Source: Vicugna vicugna
Taxonomy: Eukaryota
DNA: 64,000 nt
Direction of reading: 5' to 3'
NCBI GenBank assembly: GCA_013265495.1
Contig: MU058065.1
Span: 5,182,976 to 5,246,975, forward strand
Shown here piece by piece: positions 63,991 to 64,000 of this stretch (positions are counted from its first letter, which is position 1; each line of letters opens with the position of its first letter). A program made the position numbers and the translations under genes. Below the pieces are notes generated by a model. It worked only from the letters and a program-made list of their open reading frames with translations, was not told where the DNA came from and ran no database searches.

Positions 63991-64000
63991 TGTCAGTGCA

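Overview
Mammalian nuclear DNA, almost certainly camelid (camel/llama/alpaca). It carries a tRNA-Ala-derived Vic-1-type SINE, cetartiodactyl-type L1 3' ends and a Tigger1a_Art-like element, with no Alu, B1/B2, Bov-A2/Bov-tA or PRE-1 elements. I see no intact, recognisable protein-coding gene; nearly all ORF-track entries are chance or repeat-derived. Much of the window is old interspersed repeat (MIR, L2, L1M, many MaLR/MLT1 LTRs, ERV LTRs, hAT and Tigger elements). The main unexplained structure is at 1-2.4 kb on the minus strand: five putative exons with GT-AG junctions, a Kozak ATG in a CpG-richer 5' end, and a terminal stop followed by AATAAA. These reconstruct a ~315-aa protein I cannot name, broken by 4 stops and 2 inferred frameshifts (candidate unitary pseudogene or pseudogene-derived lncRNA). 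About 1.5 kb upstream, a co-oriented, 3'-truncated MLT1C LTR carries a perfect DUX-type motif. Repeat family names come from my recollection of consensus sequences, boundaries are approximate, and both need Dfam/RepeatMasker confirmation.
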